Source: Eledone cirrhosa
Taxonomy: Eukaryota
Direction of reading: 5' to 3'
NCBI GenBank assembly: GCA_964016885.1
Contig: OZ024743.1
Coordinates: 307,024,001 to 307,088,000 of the forward strand
Length of the DNA: 64,000 nt
Under the pieces are notes generated by a model, which had not been told where the DNA came from, did no database searches, and worked only from the letters and a program-made list of their open reading frames with translations. Numbering within the stretch: position 1 is the first letter of the stretch; each line of letters opens with the position of its first letter. Made by a program: the position numbers and the translations under genes. Below are positions 40,031 to 54,009 of the stretch, one piece after another.

Positions 40031-40640
40031 GTGATGGTTTTTTTACAAAATGAAAAATAAGGTGTGAAAGTATACGGAAAAAAGATGAAATCGAAAATAC
40101 AACTGGAGTCTTTTTTTTTTTTTAATATATACTTATTTGCTTCCTTTACCGGTTCGCAGTTCTTCTGCTTTTCAAAAGTAGAATTGAGATGGAGGGTTTG
40201 TAGTTTTTCTCACATCTGATTGGTCTTTGAATGTTACTTCTGTTTTATATGGAAAAAAGTGGCTCGAAATGCCAGGTTTTTAGAGAAGTAATTTGGTTGG
40301 TTGGTGAATAAGTATAATAAATTTCGCGCCAATTCGCATTACAAAGTTCTTATTATATTTGTCTTCAAACAAAGGAGAGGCTCAAGTTGTTTTTTCATAT
40401 ATGAGTGAAGTTTGGTTGGTTGACAGTGACGTGAATAAGCACATCAGCTTTCGCGCCAGTTTGTGTTTGAATTTCATTTTACTTAAAAAAAGTGGCTCAC
40501 GAAGGCTTTTTTTATAAATGTAATTTGATTGGTTATAAATGAAATTATGACTGTCATGTGAACAAGTACATTAAATTTCGCGCCCGTATTTTGGAATTTT
40601 TTTATAGCCATTTAGAGAATTTTGTGGCAAACAAAAGATA

Positions 40641-40732
<92 letters not shown>

Positions 40733-40945
40733 GTATATATATACATATAAGTCAGGACCCCGACGACTGATCTCTTGCCGTTTCAACAGCTAGTTCCACA
40801 CTGGAACTAGCTGTTCAAACGGCAAGAGATCAGCCGTCGGGGTCTTGACTCATTCATATAACCATACTCTACTACCCCCAAGTATCAAGTACTCTGGTGA
40901 GTATTGGTCTAACCAATTTCTTACTGAATCCATCTTGATATATAT

Positions 40946-41050
<105 letters not shown>

Positions 41051-41273
41051 GAAGAAGAAACAGGGAGATGTGTGGTGACTTGATAAAGTGCATTTAAAAA
41101 TAAAAGGAAATCACAAGCAAGGGACAATCCCTCCTTCGGTTGTCTGCTGGAGATCACGGATATTTCAACGCATTAAAGACAATATGTCTAACTACAGTGC
41201 GTCAATAACTTGTGGAAGTTATTGGGGAGGGGGGGGGGAGATAACAATTTAAACAGAAAGGAATATATATATA

Positions 41274-42440
41274 CTAGCAGCAGAACCCGGCGTTGAACGG
41301 GGTAGGAAACGTGAAATAGCAACACGCATATGCAAAGATTGAGGAATATAGCTGTGTACTTTTTGAATTCCCTTATTCTCAGGGAATGATTGTTCATCTA
41401 CTGGAAACGTAGAACACCAGCAGGCCGAATCCATTAGTATCAGTGTCAGTGGGCTGATTGCGGAAATCCTGTATGCGAAAGGAGTAAGTGTTGTGGGGCG
41501 ATGTATGTCCTAAGTCTGGTCATAAATTACGTCACGGATGGGGAACACACGTCAGTCTGAAGAGCGACGTAGTCAATTGTGTGAAAACCAAGTAGGGATG
41601 TACGTTTAAGTAGGGATATTGAGATGACGAAATCAGCGTGGCAGCTGCAGCAGAAGGGGGTCATAGTGCAATTAGCACAAACGCTGGGCGGCACTGGTTG
41701 CACTGCATTTACACAGCAACAAAGGTGCGACAAAAGGGGTCACCGTGGAATTAGCACAACGGCTGTTCGGCGTACTTGCGCAGGGCGTTCATACTGCGGT
41801 ATAGGTGCAACAAAAGGGGCCTTAGTAGAAGAAGCACAGGCGTGAGTTTTACTGTGTCAATAACACGGCAACGCACACAGGGCCCGGATTTGCGCGTGAT
41901 GAAAGCACGAAGCGTCAATAGAGCGCCTACAAAAATGTTAAGGTCCTCATTTCCTCAATCCCCCGAAAATGGTCCTGCTTAAAAGTAAGTAAGTGTTGTG
42001 TCCACTGTTAAATAAACCAAATGTTTAACAAAATATTGTACGCTACTTACGATGTTTAAGTAGCGTTTATATTGAAAATGAAAATGGCATGTAATGCGCA
42101 ATGTTAATTCGTAAATATCCTAGGAACCATTAATGGAATCGAAAATTCCATTAATGGTCCACAGCAATGCGAGGGGACTAACTAAGGTGTGCTGCAAATT
42201 TCGAGGAAATTGGCTGGATTATCTTTAAGTTACGCCAAAAAAAAACCTAAAAATGTCTTTAAAATGCTGTCTTTCGCCTAATGCGGGCCCTAGAACAGAA
42301 AAAGTTAAAATTTAGCCCATTGTACTTCAAGAAATATAAGTAACGCATGTGTAAAGTTTTTAAATTATTGGTCGGGTACTTCTAGAGTTTTAGGGATTTA
42401 CACAGACAGACAGACAGAAATCTGTTTTATATATATATAT
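41274..42440 (-). mobile_element. Non-autonomous Helitron-like element
   Basis: Minus-strand 3' end has hairpin CCCG TTCAACGC CGGG, then CTAG followed by T; the 5' region has TATATAAAACAG and (TGTC)n, as in non-autonomous Helitrons. Confidence 0.7.
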
Positions 42441-42446
42441 ATATAT

Positions 42447-42628
42447 AAGTTTTAATATAGAAGAGCTTCTACAGGACTAGAACTGTTTCATTCGTGAGAA
42501 ATCATCACGAATGAAACAGTTCTAGTCCTGTAGAAGCTCTTCTATATTAAAACTTTTATACTTATGCTATGTATTGAGTACCTTACTTACTGTGGTTACC
42601 TCCGATTCAACCCGGAATAACTTACCTA
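42447..42628. mobile_element. Fold-back mini element (51-bp perfect arms); relatives at 3654-3690, 29706-29826 and 53190-53318
   Basis: 42447-42497 inverted against 42505-42555; the turn reads GATGA-TTTCTCACGAAT-GAAAC on the minus strand (truncated hammerhead). Confidence 0.8.
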
Positions 42629-42632
42629 TATA

Positions 42633-42667
<35 letters not shown>

Positions 42668-42791
42668 ATTTGAAGACTAAAATCCAAAGAGGGCTCGATA
42701 AGGATAAATATATATCAAATATATAAGAACCGTAGAGCAAATATTTATTAAAATAACAGTTTAAATTAAAATTTAGTTTCAGAAGATCCGT

Positions 42792-42826
<35 letters not shown>

Positions 42827-42999
42827 TTATATTTATATATATTTACACAAACACACACACCCATATATATATGTGTGCGTGTGTGTGTGTGTGTGTAGCT
42901 GGGGAGTGTAACGGGCAGTTACTGTAGGGTCACCCGAATGAGCATTCGATGCGAAGTTTCCTGTCCGTAAAGAGGTGTAGAACTAAACAGAGTGTAAAT

Positions 43000-43184
43000 A
43001 TAATAATTGTTTCTACTTTTGGCACAAGGCCAACAATTATCCCAGTGCATATCTGGTACTTTATTTTATGGATGAAAGTCAAAGTTAACCTCGGCGGGAT
43101 TTGAACTAAGATCATAAAGGGCCGTAACTCTATGCTGCAAAGCATGGCGTCCGACCTTCTACCGATACTGCCAATCCACTGCCT
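43000..43184 (-). mobile_element. tRNA-type SINE (internally deleted)
   Basis: Same family as 23349-23735. Confidence 0.8.
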
Positions 43185-43547
43185 TGCAAATATAATAATA
43201 AAAGCACGTTTTGTTATGTCTTCATTACGTTTATTGAGTAGTGACGCGCGTTTCGCTATTGATCAGCTCAAGGTTCGATCTGTATCGATCTGGCCCGACT
43301 CTGGAATCTAAAGCTCGTTCCTAGTTTTACAGGTAATTTGTGAGCTTAGTTTGCATACTATGCATTTTCCACCAGTGAAAAGGATTTTCTCAAAAGGGTA
43401 TGTTCTACTAATTAGGGCTTTTATAGGAATACCTGAATACACACTCTAGGAACGTTAACTTTTATAGTGTTTTTATTGTAAACCAGATACACAACAGAAA
43501 AGGTATCCTTTACATGGATACAGTGTATTCATTGTAAATTTATTGTG

Positions 43548-43762
43548 AATTTCACGTTGCTCCAGTTCACTCAGCTGTAGAAATGAGTTGCGACGTCACT
43601 GGTGCCAAGCTGTATTGGCCATTGCCTCTCCCTTGGTTAACATCAGTGACGTGGAGAGAAGAGACTGGTGTGCATGGGCTACTGCTGGTATTCAACAAAC
43701 AACCTTGCCCGAACTTTCTAGGTGCAAATATCATGGACATTCTTGACTGAAGGGAGTCTTAA
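43548..43762 (+). mobile_element. 5'-truncated SINE of a second family
   Basis: TCACGTTGCTCCAGTTCACTCAGCTGTAGAAATGAGTTGCGACGTCACTGGTGCCAAGCTG resembles an octopod SINE body from memory; not database-checked. Confidence 0.55.
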
Positions 43763-43799
43763 AATTCTAAACCAGATACACTCAGGGATTCAACCAGGT

Positions 43800-46700
43800 A
43801 AACACACCAGGAAAGGTATGTTTTACAGGGATACAGTGTATCTATTCCAAACCAGATATACACCAGGAAAGGTATGTTTTACAGGGATACAGTGTATCTA
43901 TTCTAAACCAGATATACACCAGGAAAGGTATGTTTTACAGGGATACAGTGTATCTATTCTAAACCAGATATACACCAGGAAAGGTATGTTTTACAGGGAT
44001 ACAGTGTATCTATTCTAAACCAGATATACACCAGGAAAGGTATGTTTTACAGGGATACAGTGTATCTATTCCAAACCAGATATACACCAGGAAAGGTATG
44101 TTTTAGAGGGATACAGTGTATTTATTCTAAACCAGATATTCACCAGGAAAGGTATGTTTTACAGGGATACAGTGTATCTATTCTAAACCAGATATACACC
44201 AGGAAAGGTAGGTTTTACAGGGATACAGTGTATCTATTCTAAACCAGATATACACCAGGAAAGGTATGTTTTACAGGGATACAGTGTATCTATTCTAAAC
44301 CAGATATACACCAGGAAAGGTATGTTTTATAGGGATACAGTGTATCTATTCTAAACCAGATATACACCAGGAAAGGTATGTTTTACAGGGATACAGTGTA
44401 TCTATTCTAACCCAGATATACACCAGGAAAGGTATGTTTTACAGGGATACAGTGTAACTATTCTAAACCAGATATACACCAGGAAAGGTATGTTTTACAG
44501 GGATACAGTGTTTCTATTCTAAACCAGATATACACCAGGAAAGGTATGTTTTACAGGGATACAGTGTATCTATTCTAAACCAGATATACACCAGGAAAGG
44601 TATGTTTTACAGGGATACAGTGTAACGATTCTAAACCAGATATTCACCAGGAAAGGTATGTTTTACAGGGATACAGTGTAACTATTCTAAACCAGATATA
44701 CACCAGGAAAGGTATGTTTTACAGGGATACAGTGTTTCTATTCTAAACCAGATATACACCAGGAAAGGTATGTTTTACAGGGATACAGTGTATCTATTCT
44801 AAACCAGATATACACCAGGAAAGCTATGTTTTACAGGGATACAGTGTATCTATTCTAAACCAGATATACACCAGGAAATGTATGTTTTACAGGGATACAG
44901 TGTATCTATTCTAAACCAGATATACACCAGGAAAGGTATGTTTTACAGGGATACAGTGTTTCTATTCTAAACCAGATATACACCAGGAAAGGTATGTTTT
45001 ACAGGGATACAGTGTATCTATTCTAAACCAGATATACACCAGGAAAGGTATGTTTTACAGGGATACAGTGTATCTATTCTAAACCAGATATACACCAGGA
45101 AAGGTATGTTTTACAGGGATACAGTGTATCTATTCTAAACCAGATATACACCAGGAAAGCTATGTTTTACAGGGATACAGTGTATCTATTCTAAACCAGA
45201 TATACACCAGGAAAGGTATGTTTTACAGGGATACAGTGTATCTATTCTAAACCAGATATACACCAGGAAAGGTATGTTTTATAGGGATACAGTGTATCTA
45301 TTCTAAACCAGATATACACCAGGAAAGGTAGGTTTTACAGGGATACAGTGTATCTATTCTAAACCAGATATACACCAGGAAAGGTATGTTTTACAGGGAT
45401 ACAGTGTATCTATTCTAAACCAGATATACACCAGGAAAGGTATGTTTTACAGGGATACAGTGTAACTATTCTAAACCAGATATACACCAGGAAAGGTATG
45501 TTTTACAGGGATACAGTGTATCTATTCTAAACCAGATATACACCAGGAAAGGTATGTTTTACAGGGATACAGTGTATGTATTCTAAACCAGATATACACC
45601 AGGAAAGGTATGTTTTACAGGGATACAGTGTATCTATTCTAAACCAGATATTCACCAGGAAAGGTATGTTTTATAGGGATACAGTGTATCTATTCTAAAC
45701 CAGATATACACCAGGAAAGGTATGTTTTACAGGGATACAGTGTATCTATTCTAAACCAGATATACACCAGGAAAGGTATGTTTTAGAGGGATACAGTGTA
45801 TCTATTCTAAACCAGATATACACCAGGAAAGGTATGTTTTACAGGGATACAGTGTATCTATTCTAAACCAGATATACACCAGGAAAGGTATGTTTTACAG
45901 GGATACAGTGTATCTATTCTAAACCAGATATACACCAGGAAAGGTATGTTTTACAGGGATACAGTGTATCTATTCTAAACCAGATATACACCAGGAAAGG
46001 TATGTTTTACAGGGATACAGTGTTTCTATTCTAAACCAGATATACACCAGGAAAGGTATGTTTTACAGGGATACAGTGTATCTATTCTAAACCAGATATA
46101 CACCAGGAAAGGTATGTTTTACAGGGATACAGTGTATGTATTCTAAACCAGATATACACCAGGAAAGGTATGTTTTACAGGGATACAGTGTATCTATTCT
46201 AAACCAGATATTCACCAGGAAAGGTATGTTTTATAGGGATACAGTGTATCTATTCTAAACCAGATATACACCAGGAAAGGTATGTTTTACAGGGATACAG
46301 TGTATCTATTCTAAACCAGATATACACCAGGAAAGGTATGTTTTAGAGGGATACAGTGTATCTATTCTAAAGCAGATATACACCAGGAAAGGTATGTTTT
46401 ACAGGGATACAGTGTATCTATTCTAAACCAGATATACACCAGGAAAGGTATGTTTTACAGGGATACAGTGTATCTATTCTAAACCAGATATACACCAGGA
46501 AAGGTATGTTTTACAGGGATACAGTGTATCTATTCTAAACCAGATATACACCAGGAAAGGTATGTTTTACAGGGATACAGTGTTTCTATTCTAAACCAGA
46601 TATACACCAGGAAAGGTATGTTTTACAGGGATACAGTGTATCTATTCTAAACCAGATATACACCAGGAAAGGTATGTTTTACAGGGATACAGTGTATCTA

Positions 46701-49027
46701 TTCTAAACCAGATATACACCAGGAAAGGTATGTTTTATAGGGATACAGTGTATCTATTCTAAACCAGATATACACCAGGAAAGGTAGGTTTTACAGGGAT
46801 ACAGTGTATCTATTCTAAACCAGATATACACCAGGAAAGGTATGTTTTACAGGGATACAGTGTTTCTATTCTAAACCAGATATACACCAGGAAAGGTAGG
46901 TTTTACAGGGATACAGTGTATCTATTCTAAACCAGATATACACCAGGAAAGGTATGTTTTACAGGGATACAGTGTATCTATTCTAAACCAGATATACACC
47001 AGGAAAGGTATGTTTTATAGGGATACAGTGTATCTATTCTAAACCAGATATACACCAGGAAAGGTAGGTTTTACAGGGATACAGTGTATCTATTCTAAAC
47101 CAGATATACACCAGGAAAGGTATGTTTTACAGGGATACAGTGTTTCTATTCTAAACCAGATATACACCAGGAAAGGTAGGTTTTACAGGGATACAGTGTA
47201 TCTATTCTAAACCAGATATACACCAGGAAAGGTATGTTTTACAGGGATACAGTGTATCTATTCTAAACCAGATATACACCAGGAAAGGTATGTTTTATAG
47301 GGATACAGTGTATCTATTCTAAACCAGATATACACCAGGAAAGGTATGTTTTACAGGGATACAGTGTATCTATTCTAAACCAGATATACACCAGGAAAGG
47401 TATGTTTTACAGGGATACAGTGTATCTATTCTAAACCAGATATACACCAGGAAAGGTATGTTTTACAGGGATACAGTGTATCTATTCTAAACCAGATATA
47501 CACCAGGAAAGGTATGTTTTACAGGGATACAGTGTTTCTATTCTAAACCAGATATACACCAGGAAAGGTATGTTTTACAGGGATACAGTGTATCTATTCT
47601 AAACCAGATATACACCAGGAAAGGTATGTTTTACAGGGATACAGTGTTTCTATTCTAAACCAGATATACACCAGGAAAGGTATGTTTTACAGGGATACAG
47701 TGTATCTATTCTAAACCAGATATACACCAGGAAAGGTATGTTTTACAGGGATACAGTGTATCTATTCTAAACCAGATATACACCAGGAAAGGTATGTTTT
47801 ATAGGGATACAGTGTATCTATTCTAAACCAGATATACACCAGGAAAGGTAGGTTTTACAGGGATACAGTGTATCTATTCTAAACCAGATATACACCAGGA
47901 AAGGTATGTTTTACAGGGATACAGTGTATCTATTCTAAACCAGATATACACCAGGAAAGGTATGTTTTACAGGGATACAGTGTAACTATTCTAAACCAGA
48001 TATACACCAGGAAAGGTATGTTTTACAGGGATACAGTGTATCTATTCTAAACCAGATATACACCAGGAAAGGTATGTTTTACAGGGATACAGTGTATGTA
48101 TTCTAAACCAGATATACACCAGGAAAGCTATGTATTACAGGGATACAGTGTATCTATTCTAAACCAGATATTCACCAGGAAAGGTATGTTTTATAGGGAT
48201 ACAGTGTATCTATTCTAAACCAGATATACACCAGGAAAGGTATGTTTTACAGGGATACAGTGTATCTATTCTAAACCAGATATACACCAGGAAAGGTATG
48301 TTTTAGAGGGATACAGTGTATCTATTCTAAAGCAGATATACACCAGGAAAGGTATGTTTTACAGGGATTCAGTGTATCTATTCTAAACCAGATATACACC
48401 AGGAAAGGTATGTTTTACAGGGATTCAGTGTATCTATTCTAAACCAGATATACACCAGGAAAGGTATGTTTTACAGGGATTCAGTGTATCTATTATAAAC
48501 CAGATATACACCAGGAAAGGTATGTTTTACAGGGATTCAGTGTATCTATTCTAAACCAGATATACACCAGGAAAGGTATGTTTTACAGGGATTCAGTGTA
48601 TCTATTCTAAACCAGATATACACCAGGAAAGGTATGTTTTACAGGGATTCAGTGTATCTATTCTAAACCAGATATACACCAGGAAAGGTATGTTTTACAG
48701 GGATTCAGTGTATCTATTCTAAACCAGATATACACCAGGAAAGGTATGTTTTACAGGGATACAGTGTATCTATTCTAAACCAGATATACACCAGGAAAGG
48801 TATGTTTTACAGGGATTCAGTGTATCTATTCTAAACCAGATATTCACCAGGAAAGGTATGTTTTATAGGGATACAGTGTATCTATTCTAAACCAGATATA
48901 CACCAGGAAAGGTATGTTTTACAGGGATTCAGTGTATCTATTCGAAACCAGATATACACCAGGAAAGGTATGTTTTACAGGGATACAGTGTATCTAATCT
49001 ATTCTAAACCAGATATACACCAGGAAA
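43800..49027. repeat. 56-bp satellite array, ~93 copies: CTAAACCAGATATACACCAGGAAAGGTATGTTTTACAGGGATACAGTGTATCTATT
   Basis: GATATACACC recurs at 43911 and 43967 (56-bp period); units are very homogeneous. Confidence 0.97.
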
Positions 49028-49089
49028 ATTTCCCCCATGCTGTCTAACTTTCCACTGTTGCTTAAATCATAAATATTGTTTTCGTGCGG

Positions 49090-51450
49090 TGTTGCTCTTG
49101 TTGTTATTACTGTTATTGTTGCTACATTTATTGTTGTTGTTGTTACTGTTGTTGTTACTGTTGTTGCTACTGTTGTTGTCACTGTTGTTGTTGTTGCTGT
49201 TGTGTTACTGTTGTTGCTATTGTTGTTGTTACTGTTGTTGCTACTGTTGTTGTTACTGTTGTTGCTGTTGTTGTTACTGTTGTTGCTATTGTTGTTGTTG
49301 CTGTTGTTGCTATTGTTGTTGTTACTGTTGTTGCTGTTGTTGTTACTGTTGTTGCTATTGTTGTTGTTACTGTTGTTGCTATTGTTGTTGTTACTGTTGT
49401 TGCTGTTGTTGTTACTGTTGTTGCTATTGTTGTTGTTACTGTTGTTGCTATTGTTGTTGTTGCTGTTGTTGCTATTGTTGTTGTTGTTACTGTTGTTGCT
49501 GTTGTTGTTACTGTTGTTGCTATTGTTGTTGTTACTGTTGTTGCTATTGTTGTTGTTACTGTTGTTGCTATTGTTGTTGTTACTGTTGTTGCTGTTGTTG
49601 TTACTGTTGTTGCTATTGTTGTTGTTGCTGTTGTTGCTATTGTTGTTGTTACTGTTGTTGTTGCTGTTGTTGTCACTGTTGTTGCTATTGTTGTTGTTAC
49701 TGTTGTTGCTATTGTTGTTGTTACTGTTGTTGCTATTGTTGTTGTTACTGTTGTTGCTGTTGTTGTTTACTGTTGTTGCTATTGTTGTTGTTGCTGTTGT
49801 TGTTGTTACTGTTGTTGCTATTGTTGTTGTTACTGTTGTTGCTACTGTTGTTGCTATTGTTGTTGTTACTGTTGTTGCTATTGTTGTTGTTACTGTTGTT
49901 GCTGTTGTTGTTACTGTTGTTGCTACTGTTGTTGTCACTGTTGCTGTTGTTGTTACTGTTGTTGTTACTGTTGTTGTTACTGTTGTTGTCACTGTTGTTG
50001 CTATTGTTGTTGTTACTGTTGTTGCTATTGTTGTTGTTACTGTTGTTGCTATTGTTGTTGTTGCTGTTTTTGTTACTGTTGTTGCTACTGTTGTTGCTAT
50101 TGTTGTTGTTACTGTTGTTGCTATTATTGTTGTTACTGTTGTTGCTATTGTTGTTGTTACTGTTGTTGCTGTTGTTGTTACTGTTGTTGTTACTGTTTTT
50201 GCTATTGTTGTTGTTACTGTTGTTGCTACTGTTGTTGCTATTGTTGTTGTTACTGTTGTTGCTACTGTTGTTGTTACTGTTGTTGTTACTGTTGTTGCTA
50301 TTGTTGTTGTTACTGTTGTTGCTATTGTTGTTGTTACTGTTGTTGCTGTTGTTGTTACTGTTGTTGCTATTGTTGTTGTTACTGTTGTTGCTACTGTTGT
50401 TGCTATTGTTGTTGTTACTGTTGTTGCTATTGTTGTTGTTACTGTTGTTGCTACTGTTGTTGCTATTGTTGTTGTTACTGTTGTTGCTATTGTTGTAGTT
50501 ACTGTTGTTGCTATTGCTGTTGTTGCTGTTGTTGTTGTTGTTGTTACTGTTGTTGCTATTGTTGTTGTTACTGTTGTTGCTACTGTTGTTGCTATTGTTG
50601 TTGTTACTGTTGTTGCTACTGTTGTTGTTACTGTTGTTGTTACTGTTGTTGCTATTGTTGTTGTTACTGTTGTTGCTGTTGTTGTTACTGTTGTTGCTAT
50701 TGTTGTTGTCACTGTTGTTGTTGTTGCTGTTGTTGTTACTGTTGTTGTCACTGTTGTTGTTGTTGCTGTTGTTGTAACTGTTGTTGCTACTGTTGTTGCT
50801 ACTGTTGTTGTCACTGTTGTTGTTGTTGCTGTTGTTGCTACTGTTGTTGTCACTGTTGCTGTTGCTGTTGTTGTTACTGTTGTTGCTATTGTTGTTGTTA
50901 CTGTTGTTGCTATTGTTGTTGCTATTGTTGTTGTTACTGTTGTTGCTAATATTTTGCTAATGTTGTTACTATTGTTGTTGCTATTGTTGTTCCTACTGTT
51001 GTTGCTGATGTTGTTGTTACTGTTGTTGTTATTGTTGTTGCTATTGTTGCTAATGATTTGTTGTTATTGTTGTTGCTACTGTTATTGCCACTGCTGTTGC
51101 TACTCTTCTGGCTATTGTTGTTCTTGTTGATGTTACTGTTATTGCTACAGTTGATGTTGCTATTCTTGTTGCTACAGTTGCTGTAGCTACTGTTGTTGTT
51201 GTTGTTGTTAATGTTGATGTTATTGTTGCTCTTGCTAATGTTGTTGTCACTACTGTTATTGTTGTTGTCACTACTGTTATTCTTGTTGTTGCTATTGTTA
51301 TTGTTGTTGTTGCTAATGTTGTTGTTGTTGTTGCTAATGTTGTTGTTGTTGTTGCTAATGTTGTTGATATTGCTGCTTCTGTTATTGCAACTGTTGTTGT
51401 TTATACAGTGGTTATTGATGTTGTTGCTACTGGTGTTGTTCTTGCTAATG
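49090..51450. repeat. (GTT)n-derived complex minisatellite (GTTACT/GCTATT variants)
   Basis: Direct reading. Confidence 0.92.
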
Positions 51451-51659
51451 AATATTTCCCAATATTATTATATTAGCTACATTCACTATGGAGCGATCTA
51501 ATTAGATATCACAGTTCCAATCGCATGACACCCCCACCCCCCTCAATTCTACACCCTACTCCTTCTCCACACACACACACACACTTACACACACCTCATT
51601 TCTCTATGACACACTGCTCTTGTTAGTTAGGGGTCATTCCCATTCAGTTAAAAATAGGG

Positions 51660-52493
51660 GTGATGGTGATGATGGTGGTGGTGGTGGTGGTGGTGGTGGT
51701 GGTGGTGGTGGTGGTGGTGGTGGTGGTTGTGGTGGTGGTAGTGTTGGTGGTGTTGGTGGTGGTGGTTGTGGTGGTGGTGTTGGTGGTGATGGTGGTGATG
51801 GTGGTGGTGGTGTTGGTGGTGATGGTGGTGGTGGTGGTGTTGGTGGTGTTGGTGGTGGTGGTTGTGGTGATGATGGTGGTGGTGGTGGTGGTGGTGGTGA
51901 TGGTGGTGGTGGTGGTGGTGGTGGTGGTGGTGGTGTTGGTGGTGGTGTTGGTAGTGTTGGTGTTGGTGGTGGTGGTGGTGGTGGTGGTGCTGTTGGTAGT
52001 GTTGGTGGTGGTGGTAGTGGTGGTGGTGGTGGTGGTGGCGGTGGTGGTTGTGGTGGTGGTGATGATGGTGGTGGTAGTAGTGTTGGTGGTGGTGGTGGTC
52101 GTGTTGTTGGTGGTGGTGGTGGTGGTGGTGGTGGTGGTAGTGTTAGTGGTGGTGGTGGTAGTGGTGGTTGTGGTGGGGGTGATGATGGTGGTGGTGGTAG
52201 CGTTGGTAGTGGTGATGATGGTGGTGGTGGTAGTGTTGGTGGTGGTGGTGGTGGTTGTGGTGGTAGTGATGATGGTGGTGGTGGTAGTGTTGGTGGTGGT
52301 GTTGGTGGTGGTGGTGGTGGTTGTGGTGGTAGTGATGATGGTGGTGGTGGTAGTGTTGGTGGTGGTGGTTGTGGTGGTAGTGATGATGGTGGTGGTGGTA
52401 GTGTTGGTGGTGGTGGTGGTGATAGTGTTGGTGGTGGTGGTGGTGGTGGTAGAAGAAGAAGAAGAAGAAGAAGAAGAAGAAGAAGAAGAAGAA

Positions 52494-52553
<60 letters not shown>

Positions 52554-52632
52554 GGTGGTGGTGGTGGTGGTGGAGGAAGAAGAAGAAGAAGAAGAAGAAG
52601 AAGAAGAAGAAGAAGAAGAAGAAGAAGAAGAA

Positions 52633-52686
<54 letters not shown>

Positions 52687-52715
52687 GGTGGTGGTGGTGG
52701 TGGTGGTGGTGGTGG
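51660..52715. repeat. Compound (GGT)n-(GAA)n-(GAT)n microsatellite
   Basis: Direct reading. Confidence 0.92.
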
Positions 52716-52901
52716 GTAGGATATCGGTAAAGAGGGGATCACACAGCGAGGTTGTTAGTAAATATGAGTGAAATGACAATGATGATGATGATGGTTGCGT
52801 TGAGAATGAGGAGACGAAGGGGAGAGGGTCAGTCAAACCACCTCCAACCATCTCTATCCAATTTCCAATTAAATAAATACAGTAAACAGTTAATACATTC
52901 A

Positions 52902-52979
<78 letters not shown>

Positions 52980-52980
<1 letters not shown>

Positions 52981-53137
52981 AAGGCGGGTAAAATTCCCGA
53001 GATCCATGGACGAGTTCTCTCCAGCGGTCTCTGTCCCTCATTATCGCTGCCATATCCTGCATCTCCAACAGACCAGTGTCTGTCCTTAGGGCATCAACAT
53101 ATGTTAACCTTGGTCTTCCTCTTCTAGTGTGTCCATG
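52980..53137 (-). mobile_element. RTE/RTEX-like LINE extreme 3' fragment in (TA)n
   Basis: Minus frame HGHTRRGRPRLTYVDALRTDTGL..MRDRDRWR followed by a stop. Confidence 0.65.
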
Positions 53138-53315
53138 TATATATATTTATATGTATCTATCTATGTATGTAAATATGTACATGTACATATATAGGTAAGT
53201 TATTCCTGGTTGAATCGGAGGTAACCACAGTAAGTACGGTACTCAATACATAGCAGAGTATACAAGTTAAAGTATATAGATGAGATTCTACAGGAACCTC
53301 ATCTATATTAAAACT

Positions 53316-53412
<97 letters not shown>

Positions 53413-53942
53413 CGTCTGTTTCGTTCTTTGTATCTTTACCCTTTCTAGCAGTCTCTCTCTCTCTGTTAGCCTCTTCCTCAACTTTCATTCACTCATTCCC
53501 TGTCACTACCTCTCCTCCTCCTCCTCCTCTTTCTTCCCGTTTGACCTGTCCGAATTCTTTTCTCGCGCGCTCTTAGCCAAGCCGGTATTAATTTTTCTCT
53601 CTCTCTCTCTCTCGTCTGCGACTTCACAGAACTTATGTTTACCGAATTCGCAGACCCCTTCTTCCTCCCGTTAGACCTGTGCGAAATTCCTTCCTTGCTC
53701 ACATTTCAACCAGGTTTGATGGTCTTTAGTCTCTCGTTCACGATTTCATGGAGTTTATATTCATAGAAATCTGGGACTTGTCTCTTTCTTGTTACTTTCT
53801 GTTGCTTAAACCATTTTGTTTGTTCAGCCCAGCGTCCCCTTTATTTACGTGTCCCAACGACTTTTTTTAACCTCAGGTATATGGCCTTTAAAGTGATGAA
53901 ATGCCTAGGACGGTTGGAAGGCCACTGATGAAGGACTTACTT

Positions 53943-53994
<52 letters not shown>

Positions 53995-54009
53995 GTACAT
54001 ATATACATA

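Noticed and set aside
43800-49027. CRISPR-like array
   Set aside because: Units are contiguous with no unique spacers and there are no cas genes; this is a eukaryotic satellite.
48994-52742. Mucin-like Thr-rich, poly-Leu/Val/Cys, Gly-rich and Pro-rich ORFs
   Set aside because: Open in most frames because of trinucleotide repeats, with a frame slip near 49768 and no non-repetitive domain or splice support.
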